The position numbers and the translations under genes were made by a program. Below the pieces are notes generated by a model that was not told where the DNA came from, made no database searches, and saw nothing but the letters and a program-made list of their open reading frames with translations. Shown in pieces: positions 11,301-64,000 of a DNA stretch of 64,000 nucleotides. How positions within the stretch are numbered: the stretch's first letter is position 1; every line of letters begins with the position of its first letter. The stretch comes from Felis catus (lineage: Eukaryota): NCBI RefSeq assembly GCF_018350175.1, contig NC_058383.1, positions 11,038,001 to 11,102,000 of the forward strand. Reading direction: 5' to 3'.

Positions 11301-14177
11301 AGAGGGAGACCACAAGGAGCAGGTGCGGAGGAGGGAGGGCGTGGCGGGGGCGGGGGCTGCAGGAAGCCTCAGGCCCAGAGACGAGAGGAAGGGAGGCAAG
11401 CCGGGAGGGGGGGGGGGGGGGGGACAGCCGGACCCTCACACCACGTCCCTGCTCCCGCGGACGACCAGGTGAGCCCTACGTCACCATCAAAGCCTACACT
11501 GCCCAGATGGAGGACGAAGTGTCCCTGCAGGAGGGCGAAACCATCGATGTCATTCACAAGCTGCTGGATGGCTGGTGGGTCGTCAGGTAGGAGAGCACCC
11601 CTCCCTCCCCACTGCGCCCACCCTGAGTGCCAGCCCTGGCCTGGGGCAGGGCCCATTTGGGGTCCGTGCCCATTGGGGTGCGTGACTCTGGGTAAGCCAC
11701 TGTCTCTGGACTCAGTCTCCATTTTGGTGGTAGACCAGGGATAATCCCACCCCGCCCGTCTTTCGGGGTTCAGTGTCCTTGTCTGAGTGGGGACCTTTTT
11801 TCCTTTGAGACTTGGGGTCACCTCGCCATCTCTTAGTCCTTCTATAAACAACACAATTAATTGTGTTCATTATTGTATTTGCGAACTGGTAGAGGCAGGC
11901 CCTGTCATCCCTTTTCCTTTTAAATCTTTTGTTGCAATTGATTCTTTTTTTAAGTTTATTTGTTTTGAGAGAGAGAGCATGCGCGCATGCAAGTGGGGGA
12001 GGGGCAGAGAGAGAGGAGAGAGAATCCCAATTAGGCAGTGCAGAGCCTCTTCCGGGGCTCGATCCCACAAGCCATGAAATCATGACCTGAGCCCAAATCA
12101 AGAGTCGGACGATCAGCTGACCGAGCCATCCAGGTGCCCCTGTTGCAAATGATTCTTACCTGTTCATTCCTCCTGGGGAAAAGGAGAACCCTGAGGACTT
12201 AGCTGTTTTCTTGGGCCTATTGGGGCTCCCCAGGTCCATATCCACCTTTTCAGAGACCTGAGCCTGTCCAGGGCCCCAGTGAGCCTGTGGCCACGGTACC
12301 CACCATCAGCATGGCCCTGGGCTGGAGGTTTCGAGGCAGGGTTTCTCAATCTTTCTGACCATCACTCAGTTTAACCACCCCCGCCCCCCTCCCGGCCACG
12401 CACCTCTGAGAATCTGCCTGTGATTCTCCCACCAGCCAAGAGGAATCAGTTTTACAGAGTGAGGTTTGTATTATGCAAAGTGGGGTTTTTTTTTCCTCGC
12501 TCTCAAATTATAGTGGTGAGAACGGAAAGAAACATCTTTTCAACAAGTGGTGCTGGAACATTCGGGCGTCCACATGGAGAAAAGGCGTGTAGGCCCCTAC
12601 CTCAGCAGCACTCACATGTATTCGGGATGGGTCGTGGGCTTCGCCAAGCACAAAAACCTTTTGGAAAGAAAGCATAGGGGAACCTGGTGCCCTGGAGATG
12701 GGCAGAAAGTTTCTTAGATACAGAAAGCAGTGACCATAAACGAAAATCTGACAAACAGGCTGTTGCAGATGCTTCATTGCAAACACATGTCCCTGGGGGG
12801 CAAGGTGGACCTGCTGACTTCCTCCCACTACCACCATCACAGCTGTGGGGGCCTGTGTTGCACAGATGAGGAAACTGAGGCCCAGAGGGTTAGGGTCTGG
12901 TGTCCGCGGGCACCGGGGTGTCTGCAACCTCCCAGCTGCCTTAACCCGGACTGTTTAGAGGGATCCCTGAGCCCCCCACGTCTGAGGCCCCTACTCCCTG
13001 CCGTGACTGCCTGGGGTTCAAGGGCTGCCTCTGTTGCAGGAAAGGCGACGTCACAGGCTACTTTCCATCCATGTACCTACAGAAGTCTGGGCAGGATGCA
13101 GCCCAGGCCCAACGCCAGATCAAGAGCCGAGGGGCGCCGCCCCGGAGGTGAGCGAGCATCCTGGGATTGGGCGGGGCCGAGGAGGGGGGTGTACCACGGG
13201 TCCCCCTGTCTGTCCAGGCCCTGCATTGCCAGCGCTGGGGAGGGAGGCCGGGGTGGAGGCAGGGACAGGCTGGGGAGGCCGCACCCTCACTGGGTCGAGG
13301 ATGGACGTGCCCTCCTTCATCGTGGGGTTGGCACGGGGGCGGTGGGAAAGCAGGGGTGTGAGGTGGAGGTGAAGGCGTAAGCGTCGATGCCTAGAGTCCT
13401 TGGGGACCGCCCATGAGGGGGGCGGCAATGCAGAGATCTTTCTGGGGAGGACACGGGCTGAAGGCCGCCGAAGGTCGTGGGAAATAGACCTGGGCTCTGC
13501 AACCCTACTGGAGTCCGCATCGGCGCTGGGTAGCCGCAATCATGCCCTGCCCAGCCGTGTGGGGTCCCGGCCAGTCGTTGGACTCCAGGAGCGGTCGTGC
13601 GAGTCCCCGCAGGCAGGGACGAGGGGGCGGGGGGGGGGGGGACGCACAGGAGTTGAGCAACGTCCCCATCCCTCTGGGCCCAGGTCGTCCATCCGCAACG
13701 CACACAGCATCCACCAGCGGTCGCGGAAGCGCCTCAGCCAGGACACGTATCGGCGCAACAGTGTCCGTTTTTTGCAGCAGCGCCGCCGCCAGGCGCGGCC
13801 CGAGCCGCAGCGCTCAGGTAGCCCTGGACTTAGTGCCTGCCGCGGCCGGGGGTGGGGTGGGGCGTGCCCGGGGCGTGGCCTGGAAGACGGGGCGGGGCCT
13901 GGAGGCGGGGCCAGGGCCGCAGAGCGCTGGGAGCCGGCGGCGTGAGTGTCTGCAGCTGCCTGGTGGTGGGCGGTGCCCGGGGCGGGGCCTAGACGGCGGG
14001 GCGGGGCCTGAAGGGCGGAACCGGGCCGCTCACGGGTCTGGGCTTTCAGCAGCAAGGGAACAGGCGCAGACTGGAGGCGCAAAACCACAGCCCGCGGTGC
14101 CCCCGCGGCCCAGCGCAGACCTCATCCTGCACCGCTGCAGCGAGAGCACCAAGCGGAAGCTGGCGTCCGCAGTCTGA
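4630..14177 (+). CDS. NCF1: Neutrophil cytosolic factor 1 (p47phox), 5'-partial: join(4630..4710,7635..7710,7809..7974,9220..9278,9973..10095,10518..10625,11469..11586,13040..13147,13684..13817,14050..14177)
   Basis: Ten GT-AG-bounded exons splice in frame (1101 nt incl. TGA). They encode PX ([17 protein letters not shown]...), two SH3 domains (ESGWWF, LDGWWV), the autoinhibitory region GAPPRRSSIRN...RRNSVRF and the C-terminal PQPAVPPRP...[10 protein letters not shown]. The MGDTFIRH exon 1 was not found in 1-4629. Confidence 0.97.
6064..6098. repeat. (TG)n microsatellite
   Basis: Direct observation. Confidence 0.95.
6500..7310. mobile_element. Old LINE-2 3' fragment
   Basis: cattcatccattcagcaactacttaccgagcac...gggcagggagggctctgagcagagg...cagattctgggtagattt. 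Confidence 0.5.
7635..7710 (+). CDS. NCF1: NCF1 exon 3
   Basis: tctag|AAACAG...CCAG|gtgagg; 76 nt; [25 protein letters not shown]. Confidence 0.95.
7809..7974 (+). CDS. NCF1: NCF1 exon 4
   Basis: ccag|CCCCG...AACCA|gtgagt; 166 nt; [22 protein letters not shown]...[13 protein letters not shown]; Arg at the human R90-equivalent position. Confidence 0.95.
9220..9278 (+). CDS. NCF1: NCF1 exon 5
   Basis: ctgcag|GGTGAAA...CACAG|gtgaga; 59 nt; [19 protein letters not shown]. Confidence 0.93.
9973..10095 (+). CDS. NCF1: NCF1 exon 6 (SH3A)
   Basis: cccag|ACATC...GAGTG|gtcagc; 123 nt; [41 protein letters not shown]. Confidence 0.95.
10518..10625 (+). CDS. NCF1: NCF1 exon 7
   Basis: cacag|GCTGG...TGAAG|gtacca; 108 nt; [36 protein letters not shown]. 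Confidence 0.95.
11469..11586 (+). CDS. NCF1: NCF1 exon 8 (SH3B)
   Basis: accag|GTGAG...GTCAG|gtagga; 118 nt; [40 protein letters not shown]. Confidence 0.95.
13040..13147 (+). CDS. NCF1: NCF1 exon 9
   Basis: ttgcag|GAAAG...CGGAG|gtgagc; 108 nt; [35 protein letters not shown]. Confidence 0.95.
13684..13817 (+). CDS. NCF1: NCF1 exon 10 (autoinhibitory/polybasic region); 3' boundary inferred
   Basis: cccag|[51 protein letters not shown]. Donor CAG|gtagcc at 13817/13818 keeps frame with exon 11; see findings for the alternative donor. Confidence 0.8.
14050..14177 (+). CDS. NCF1: NCF1 exon 11, coding part (proline-rich region)
   Basis: tttcag|CAGCAAGG...[47 protein letters not shown]. Confidence 0.93.
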
Positions 14178-14313
14178 GGCCGCGGCGCCTTCCCTAGATG
14201 GCGCCCTGGCCCCTCTGCCCCGTCCCGCCCCTTTCCAGTATACACTTGTACAGATCCGGAGGTCCGGATGCTTCCGGCAGCCCCGGGCCCCGCCCCACCT
14301 GTTAACCGCTGTC

Positions 14314-14319
14314 AATAAA
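14314..14319 (+). promoter_or_regulatory. NCF1 polyadenylation signal
   Basis: AATAAA about 137 nt after the stop codon. Confidence 0.75.
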
Positions 14320-17300
14320 TGTTGCCTGGAGTGGACTGAGGCTCTGTAGAGAAGCGGGCGGACTGGGCTGGGCACGCCGTATCTCTAGAATTAGGACTGA
14401 GGGCTGTGAGCTCTGCTGGGGCCAGAATTTGGGGGGGGGGGGGCGGGGAGTTGCAAGAACTGTTTGCACAGGGTCAGGTGCAAGAGGAACCCGCGGTCCG
14501 CCCGCTGGCCGTTTGTCTGGATAGACACTGCCTGCGGAAACTTTGGTCCCACTGAGGAAGGGTGCCACAGTGCGCGGTGTTTGCACCTTAGGTGACAAAG
14601 AGAAATTGTAATTGAGGTACAGGTAGGAAGCGCCTCTGATTATTCAGAGACGCTGCCCGGTTTGGAGGTTGTTCCAGAAAGCAATTGTTCAGTGATGAAC
14701 AGATCCTCACGGCCTACCCCAGCATTGCTGCCAGCCCACGGCCTCAAAGTCTTTGCTGGTCGATCTTTTGCAAAATGCAAAGACACTAGGGTGCAACCTG
14801 GAGCGGCAATCTAGGAACAGATGCAGCTTGTGGGGAAGGCCATGGGGTAGCAGGGAGAGCTGTTCCTGCTCGTGGAAGGAGGCACCTGAGGGTGGCCAAG
14901 GCTGGTCCCTTAGAGGTCGGGGAAAATCGGCAGACCCATGCTTCTCAAGAGGATAATCTGACCCCCAAAAGGCCTTGAGAAAATCACTGAGCCCTGTGCT
15001 CTGCTTTTTGCAGACCCGCTTTGTTGGAAAAGTCCAGCCCGTCAAGGACTATCTTACAAAGCTGTGGGAGAATGAACCACCAACAACCCCAAGCCCTTTG
15101 CTTGTTCAGTTGCAATTAGAACTTAAAAAAACTGTATAAGATAAAATATTTTCATAATATTTCATAATTTGTAGTTTCAGGGTCTCCTAGCTAAAGTCCT
15201 GATCAAATGTTTTCCCCCATGTTTTTCTGTATTTCTGGTCCCTTTGGAGGTGGCCTCATGATGCCCCACTGTCATGTGCTGATGTGTAGGCCCCGGTGGT
15301 GTGTGGGCCTGAGGTCAGGGGGGCATGTCCGGGGGCCTCTGCTGTCCCCCGTGGAGCCAACAGAGAGCACTGGACGGTGTGCCTGTAGGTGTCTGGGTCT
15401 GAGTTAGGGGCATGGTGTGTGTGCCGCCAGTATTTTTTTTTTTTTTAATTTTACTTATTTTGAGAGAGAGCCTGGGCGTGAGTCGGGGAGGGGCAGAGAG
15501 AGAGGGAGAGAGAATCTCAAGCAGGCTTCGCACTGTCAGCACAGAGCCCAGTGTGGGGCTCGAACCCACAAAACGATGAGATCGTGACCTGAGCCGAAAC
15601 CGAGTCAGATGCTTAATGGACTGAGCCGCCCAAGTGCCCTATGCGGTCAGTTTTCTTGAGGCCAGGCATAAAGCCGGGCTCCTTACATGGTTTCTGGTTC
15701 TGAGAACAACCTGTCAGGTAGGTACTTTATGGACAAGGAAACCAAGCCCCAGAAAATTGTAGGCAATTGTTTAGGGTACCACAGCAAGTGCCAGAGGTGG
15801 GAGGTGAGCCAGGCTTTTCTTTCTGATTCCAAAGCCCTACCGGATCCATTACATTGTCCTGACCCCCCAGCACTCCTCACCTGTGGCTCAGTCCTAGTGG
15901 TGGTGCTGGGGCCAATGGGTGCTCAGAGGAGGGGGGGGGGTGACACGGGGCCTTGCTTCCTTCCAGAGCTCTGAACCACCTGCCCCAGGGCTGTGTTGGA
16001 GGAGTGACTAGTGTCCTGTGTCTACCCTGGGATGAGCAGACAGGGCTTGGGACAGGTGCAGTAGGGTTTTGCCCTTGGAATTGATGGAGGTCATCAAATC
16101 GAGTTCCCAGCTCCCGGGCTGGGCCGGACCACCCCGCTCCTAAGTGCTCTCATTTGCAGACACCCCATCACCACGACCCCAGAATACCACCTGCTCATTC
16201 AGTCAATTCTCCCAGGCTTGGCTCAGTCACATCAGTCACATGAATGGCAGTGCTGGGCCACTGTGGTCCCGACACACATGTAGGGTAAAGAAGGAAGCTG
16301 GGGGAGGGGGAGGAGGGACACCTGGGTGGCTCAGTTGGTTAAGTATCTGACTCTTGGTTTCAGCTCAGGTCATGATCTCACGGTTCGTGGGTTTGAGCCC
16401 CGGGTCGGGCTCTGTGCTGACAGTGCAGAGCCTGCTTAGGATTCTCACTCTTCCTCTCTGCCCTCCCCAACTTGTGCACGCTCTCGCTCTCAAAATAAGC
16501 AAACTTAAGAAAAAATTTAAAAAGAAAAAAAAAAAAAAAAGAAGGAAGCTGGAGCCAGAAGGGTTGACTCAACACAGAAGAGCCCACGGATGGTCCAGTC
16601 ACAGAAGGCAGCCCAGGCTGAACCCTGCTAGCCCCTCCCTCGGCATCACCTGACGGGCTAACCGCCAGGAAGCCGCACAGGACAGCCACCTGTCACGGAA
16701 CGGGATGGACTTTGGAGTCACACAGACCTGGTGTGAGTCCTGACGATTTCTCTGCTGTGCTGCCTCGGCAGGCCGGTTCATCACTCTGAGCCCTAACTGC
16801 CGGTCTGTAAAATGAAGGGGCCGATCTTTGCCTGCCGGGGTCCACGGGGCGACACCTACTGGTGTTAACATCACAGGTACACCAGGGGCGGGTCCCCTCA
16901 GACCCCCTTGTAAACCAGCCCACCGCCCCGCCCCCTCCCTGGAAGGGAGCCTCTGAGCCAGCGGGACCCAGCTGTGCCTGCGGTCAGCCCCGTCAAGGAC
17001 AGGAACTGCCGGGCTGGGGTCATTTTCCCTGCGTTTGAAGCCATGGGTTCAGGCCTCAGCTGGGGCCGGGTGCCTTGCGCAGGACACCGTTCCCTGGTCA
17101 GATTAATTCCTCCAATCCGGAAAGTGGTCACAATTTTGGGTCACTAATACCAGAGCCAACAGGGATTAAGCACAGGGTGTGCGCGGGTGCGCACACACGC
17201 ATTCAGAGGCCACCCCTCCGGGGAAGGTGCTGTGAAGGAAAGGTCATCAGGACGTTCCTGGCTTAACTGGGAGGAAACTGGAGCACCCACGGTGAGCGAG

Positions 17301-18809
17301 ATCAAAGTACCGCATGGATGTTCGATTTTCTGCAGCTGGTGACTAACTCGTGGCTGTGTGAGTGAATATCCCCGTTCTTGGAAGAGGTTCCCACAAGTAG
17401 GGGTAGATGGTGTATGTAAACCACTCAGGCGTGCACACTTGCAGGCAATGCTGTACACACACACGCGCACACGCACATGAAAGACAGAAACCAGGTGAAC
17501 AAGTGGTAAAGCAAAGGGGTAAAAGTTCAACAAGGTGAGAATCTGGCAAGAGGACACGTAAGTATTCTTCGTACCAGTCTCATTTCTGCAACTTCTTTAC
17601 ACATTTGAAAGTATTTCAAAATAGGGGGCGCCTGGGTGGCTCAGTCGGTTAAGCGTCCGACTTTGGCTCAGGTCACGATCTCCTGGCTCAGGAGTTCGAG
17701 CCCCGCGTCGGGCTCTGGGCTGACAGCTCGGAGCCTGGAGCCTGCTTCGGATTCTATGTTTCCCTCTCTCTCTGCCCCTCCCCCTCTTGTGCTCTGTCTC
17801 TATTTATCAAAAATAAACTTAAAAATTTTTTTTAATGTTTTTATTTTTTTTAAAGGAGAGAGACAGAGCACTAGCAGGGGAGGGGCAGAGAGAGAGAGGG
17901 AAACATAGAATCCGAAGCAGGCTCCAGGCTCCGAGCTGTCAGCCCAGAGCCCGACGCGGGGCTCGAACTCACAAACTGCAAGATCGTGACCTGAGCCGAA
18001 GTCAGACACTCAACCGAATGAGCCACCCAGGCACCCCCAAAATACAAACATTTTTTTAAAAAAGAAATTATTTCAAAATAAAGTGTATTTATTTATTTTT
18101 AAAGCCATCTTCGCACCCAACGCGAGGCTCGAACTTACCACCTGGAGATCAAGAGTCGGGTGCTCTCATGACTGAGCCAGCGAGGTAGGTGCCCCTCCAA
18201 ATAAAGTTTACCAAAAAAAAAAAAAAGAGACAACTTTCAAGCCTAGGCTTGGCCAATAACTTAGCCTTTGAAAGCCCGTGTTATTTGTTTTCTGGGGTTT
18301 TCCATTGGTAAGTCCTACCTTTGTGGGTTGGCGTGGAGGCAGGGACAGGTCATACAGGAGTATGTGAATGTGTCTCCAGGGGACTGTCCCCAAGCTTGCA
18401 AACCCCTTAGAGCACATGGGGCGCCGTGTAACAAGCGGGGAGACAGATGTGTGTGCAAATATACCCCTCCATGATCTACACCTCTCTCTCTGTTTCTCTG
18501 TTGACTGATTTAGCCTTCGGCGTTAACGCCTCAACGCCGGCGGGGGTCGGGCGCGTTGGTGAACGAGTGAAACCCGCCAGGCGTTAAGAGAAGGGGACCG
18601 CCAGAGAAATACAAGAAAACAGTATTGATTTTTTACTGGACTATGGGTGAAGCATAAAATGTCATACAAACAGGGACACGGCAAGTTCCATTTCCGAGTC
18701 AAAGTGGGGAAGAAACAGGAAACGGCCACCTTTCATAACTCCGTTCTCACCTCACGATCCCCTGGGCTGAGGGGATTTCAGGCTCGCGCGGCCGGGGACG
18801 CGTTCAAAG

Positions 18810-61304
<42,495 letters not shown>

Positions 61305-61515
61305 TTATGGGTGAAGAAACCGGGGCGCCTGGGGGGCTGAGTCGGTGAAGAGTCCAACTCTTGATTTTGGCTCTGGTCATGCTCTCATGGTTCGTAAGAT
61401 CGAGCCCTGCTTCAGGCTCCATGCTGACAGCATGGAGCCTGCTTGGGATTCTCTCTCTCCTCGCTCTCTGCCCCTCTTCCCACCTGTGCTCTCTATCTCA
61501 AACTAAATACACTAA

Positions 61516-61610
61516 AAATAAAATAGAATAAAATAGAATAAAATAGAATAAAATAGAATAAAATAGAATAAAATAAAATAAAATAAAATAAAATAAAATA
61601 AATTAAAATA
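61516..61610. repeat. Compound (AATAAAATAG)n/(AAAAT)n repeat from a SINE tail
   Basis: Direct observation. Confidence 0.9.
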
Positions 61611-64000
61611 GGGGTGCCTGTGTGGCTCAGTCAGTTAAGCGTCTAACTTTGGTTCAGGTCACGATCTCGCAGTTTGTGAGTTCGAGCCCCGCGTCGGGTT
61701 CTGTGCTGACAGCTCAGAGCCTGGAGCCTGCTTCGGATTCTGTGTCTCCCTCTCTCTCTCTGCCCCTCCCCTGCTCACGCTCTGTCTCTCTCTCTCAAAA
61801 ATAAGCATTAAGAAAATAATAATAAATAAATTCTCTGAAGACACTTGAGGATGCCATAATTAGATTTATGTTCTTCCTGAGACAGACCATAGACTAGCAG
61901 AACCATTAGAATACAAATGTTTTTGGTTAAAACTTTTTATAAATCAGTCTCCCTATTATGAAATAGAATGTGACTTCATACCAGGCATGACCTGGCCACG
62001 AGCGACTGAGGAAACATACACACTTCAACTTGAGGCTTGTATTTTTTTTTTGTATTCTTTTTTAAATGTTTTTATTTATTTTTGAGAAAGAGAGAGAGCA
62101 CAGCAGGGGAGGGGCAGAGAGAGAGAACGAGACACAGAATCCAAAGGAGGCTCCAGGCTCTGAGGTGTCAGCACAGTGCCTGACACAGGGCTTGAACTCA
62201 CGAACCGTGAGATCATGACCTGAGCCCAAGTCGGAAGCTCAACCGACTGAGCCACCCAGGCACCCCCAATTGGAAGCCTTTAAATAATGATCCTAAAACC
62301 TTTGACTGTCTTCTTGTTATCACACCCATTTTTGAGAACAAGTAGAAGTCTGTAATTATCAACTGTTTATGTGTGGGTGGTTTGTAAAATGAAAAAGGAC
62401 ATGGTGTTCCATGTGCTTAAAATAACCTCCAAGTACAGAGGTCTCTCAATGAAGCAGAGCATAAAGCAATCAAAGTGGGGCACTCATCTCTGAACTCAAA
62501 CATTGTTTATGTCTGCAGATTTTATTTAGCAAGGGAAAAAAATGGTCAAAAAAATGGATCACTCGCAGTTTCCTTTTAAATAAAGGAAAGTTTTTATTTT
62601 CAAATTATTTATAATTGCTGTATACTAGATCCTTAGTAGGATTACATTTCACATCTTTGGTTATTAAAGAAGAAAGACCTGTTCGTGTCATTTAAAAAAA
62701 TTTTTAATTAAGGTATAATTTATGTAAAGTTCATTCTTTTTAGTGTAAGATCTGTAATTTCTTTTTGAGAGAGACAGGGTGCATGTACACACATGCAGGG
62801 GAGAGGCAGAGAGAGAGGGAGAGAGAGGATCCAAGGCAGGTTCCATGCTGTCAGCAGAGAGCTGGATGCGGGGTTCAAGCTCATGAACTGTGAGATCACG
62901 ACCTGAGCTGAAGTCAAATGCTTAACTGGCTGAGCCACCCAGGCGCCCCAAGAGAAGTAGGCTTTTTAAGCTTCATAGGAAAGGACTAAACTGTTTTCCA
63001 AAGTGGCTGTACTATTTTGTGTTCCTATTGCTAATACATGAGAATTCCAAGTGCTCTGTATCCCATCTGACAGAGTGTTGTCAGCTAAAAAAACAAAACA
63101 AAACAAAACAAAAAGCTGTAGGGGGTTGGGGGCGGGGGTCAGGCAGTTAAGCATCTGACTCTTGATTTCAGCTCAGGTCATGATCTCACGGTTCATGAGG
63201 TAGAGCCTCACATTGGGCTCTGCACTGATGGCAAGGAGCCTGCTTGGGATTCTCTCTCCCTCTCTCTGCCCCTCTCCTGCTCCCGAATGTGCTCTCTCTC
63301 TCTCTCTCAAAATAAATAAATAAATAAATATTAAAAAAAAAAAAAACTTTTCCTACAACAGAGTCTCATCTTATAATGGAAGTAGGTACGTCTAAAGGCA
63401 AATTCACCCATCGTCAAAATTATCTTAGGAAGCAATAAATTATCTGTCCCAGAGGGAACATTTTCCTTCTATGAGTTAATTGTTTGGGGAGCTGCTGACT
63501 TCTAGCTCTTTATCACCCGATGCAACTTTGCCAACACGACGCACATTTTTTCAAGTCAGTGGTCCTGAAACATGTCAACCACTCAGAGTGACTTCGAGCT
63601 GCGTATCAGAAGGCCATTCTTCTTGGGTCGGGGGAGGGTTCCCTTTTCTTTCCGAATTTTGCCATCAATGGCTGTGTCTTCAGAGTTCATGTCTTTCAGC
63701 CGTAATTTTAATATTTTCCATCTCTCTAAAATCTTATCACCTATTTGGCTGGTCACCAAGCAGCTACTGGAACACGAAATGCCACTGTTTGATGACTCAT
63801 ATGTTGATGGCAGGAATACTACATTCACTGTGACCATGTCTCTAATTGTAACCTTTCATGGAGTCCCGCCAGCCAGTTTTCCCTGCAGTGTTGACATGGT
63901 TTCTTCCATTAATCATCCAGTGAACTAGTTTAGGGGCCACGATGTATGAAAAACACACATTTTTTTAGAGATTTTATTTTTAATCAATCTCCACACCAAA

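Larger units (their letters stand above)
13500..14380. promoter_or_regulatory. CpG-rich island over the NCF1 3' exons with clustered GC boxes
   Basis: Very high GC and CpG density by eye; repeated GGGGCGGGGC at about 13889-14008. Not computed. Confidence 0.55.

Noticed and set aside
9630..14177. Long ORFs (278, 216, 212, 211, 206 aa) around NCF1 exons
   Set aside because: GC-rich intron read-through; only the embedded exon segments match p47phox.
14400..17400. Possible enhancer or ncRNA between the convergent genes (ETS/STAT-like words)
   Set aside because: Short motifs expected by chance; no conservation or expression evidence available.

Overview
Eukaryotic (mammalian) genomic DNA, almost certainly from a felid: it is dense in carnivore tRNA-derived CAN-SINEs, including young felid-type copies. 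Two convergent genes of the Williams-Beuren-syntenic block can be built exon by exon. NCF1 (p47phox, + strand) has exons 2-11 at 4630-14177; exon 1 lies upstream of the window. GTF2IRD2 (- strand) has 15 coding exons at 61190-18810, totalling 2847 nt (948 aa). Its last exon is a domesticated hAT/Charlie8 transposase, and both ends of the donor element still appear recognisable. The rest is interspersed repeats (SINEs, L1/L2 fragments, MLT/MER21-type LTRs, Tigger2, Zaphod-type hAT fossils) and microsatellites. I found no wholly new biological system; the transposase fusion is already known. Most worth follow-up: a diverged tandem duplication that remodels the NCF1 exon-10 splice donor, apparent R43G/T45P changes in the NCF1 PX domain (probably base-calling error), and a nested inverted SINE pair with an apparent gene-conversion tract. 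Comparisons to human proteins and repeat consensi are from memory, not from searches.
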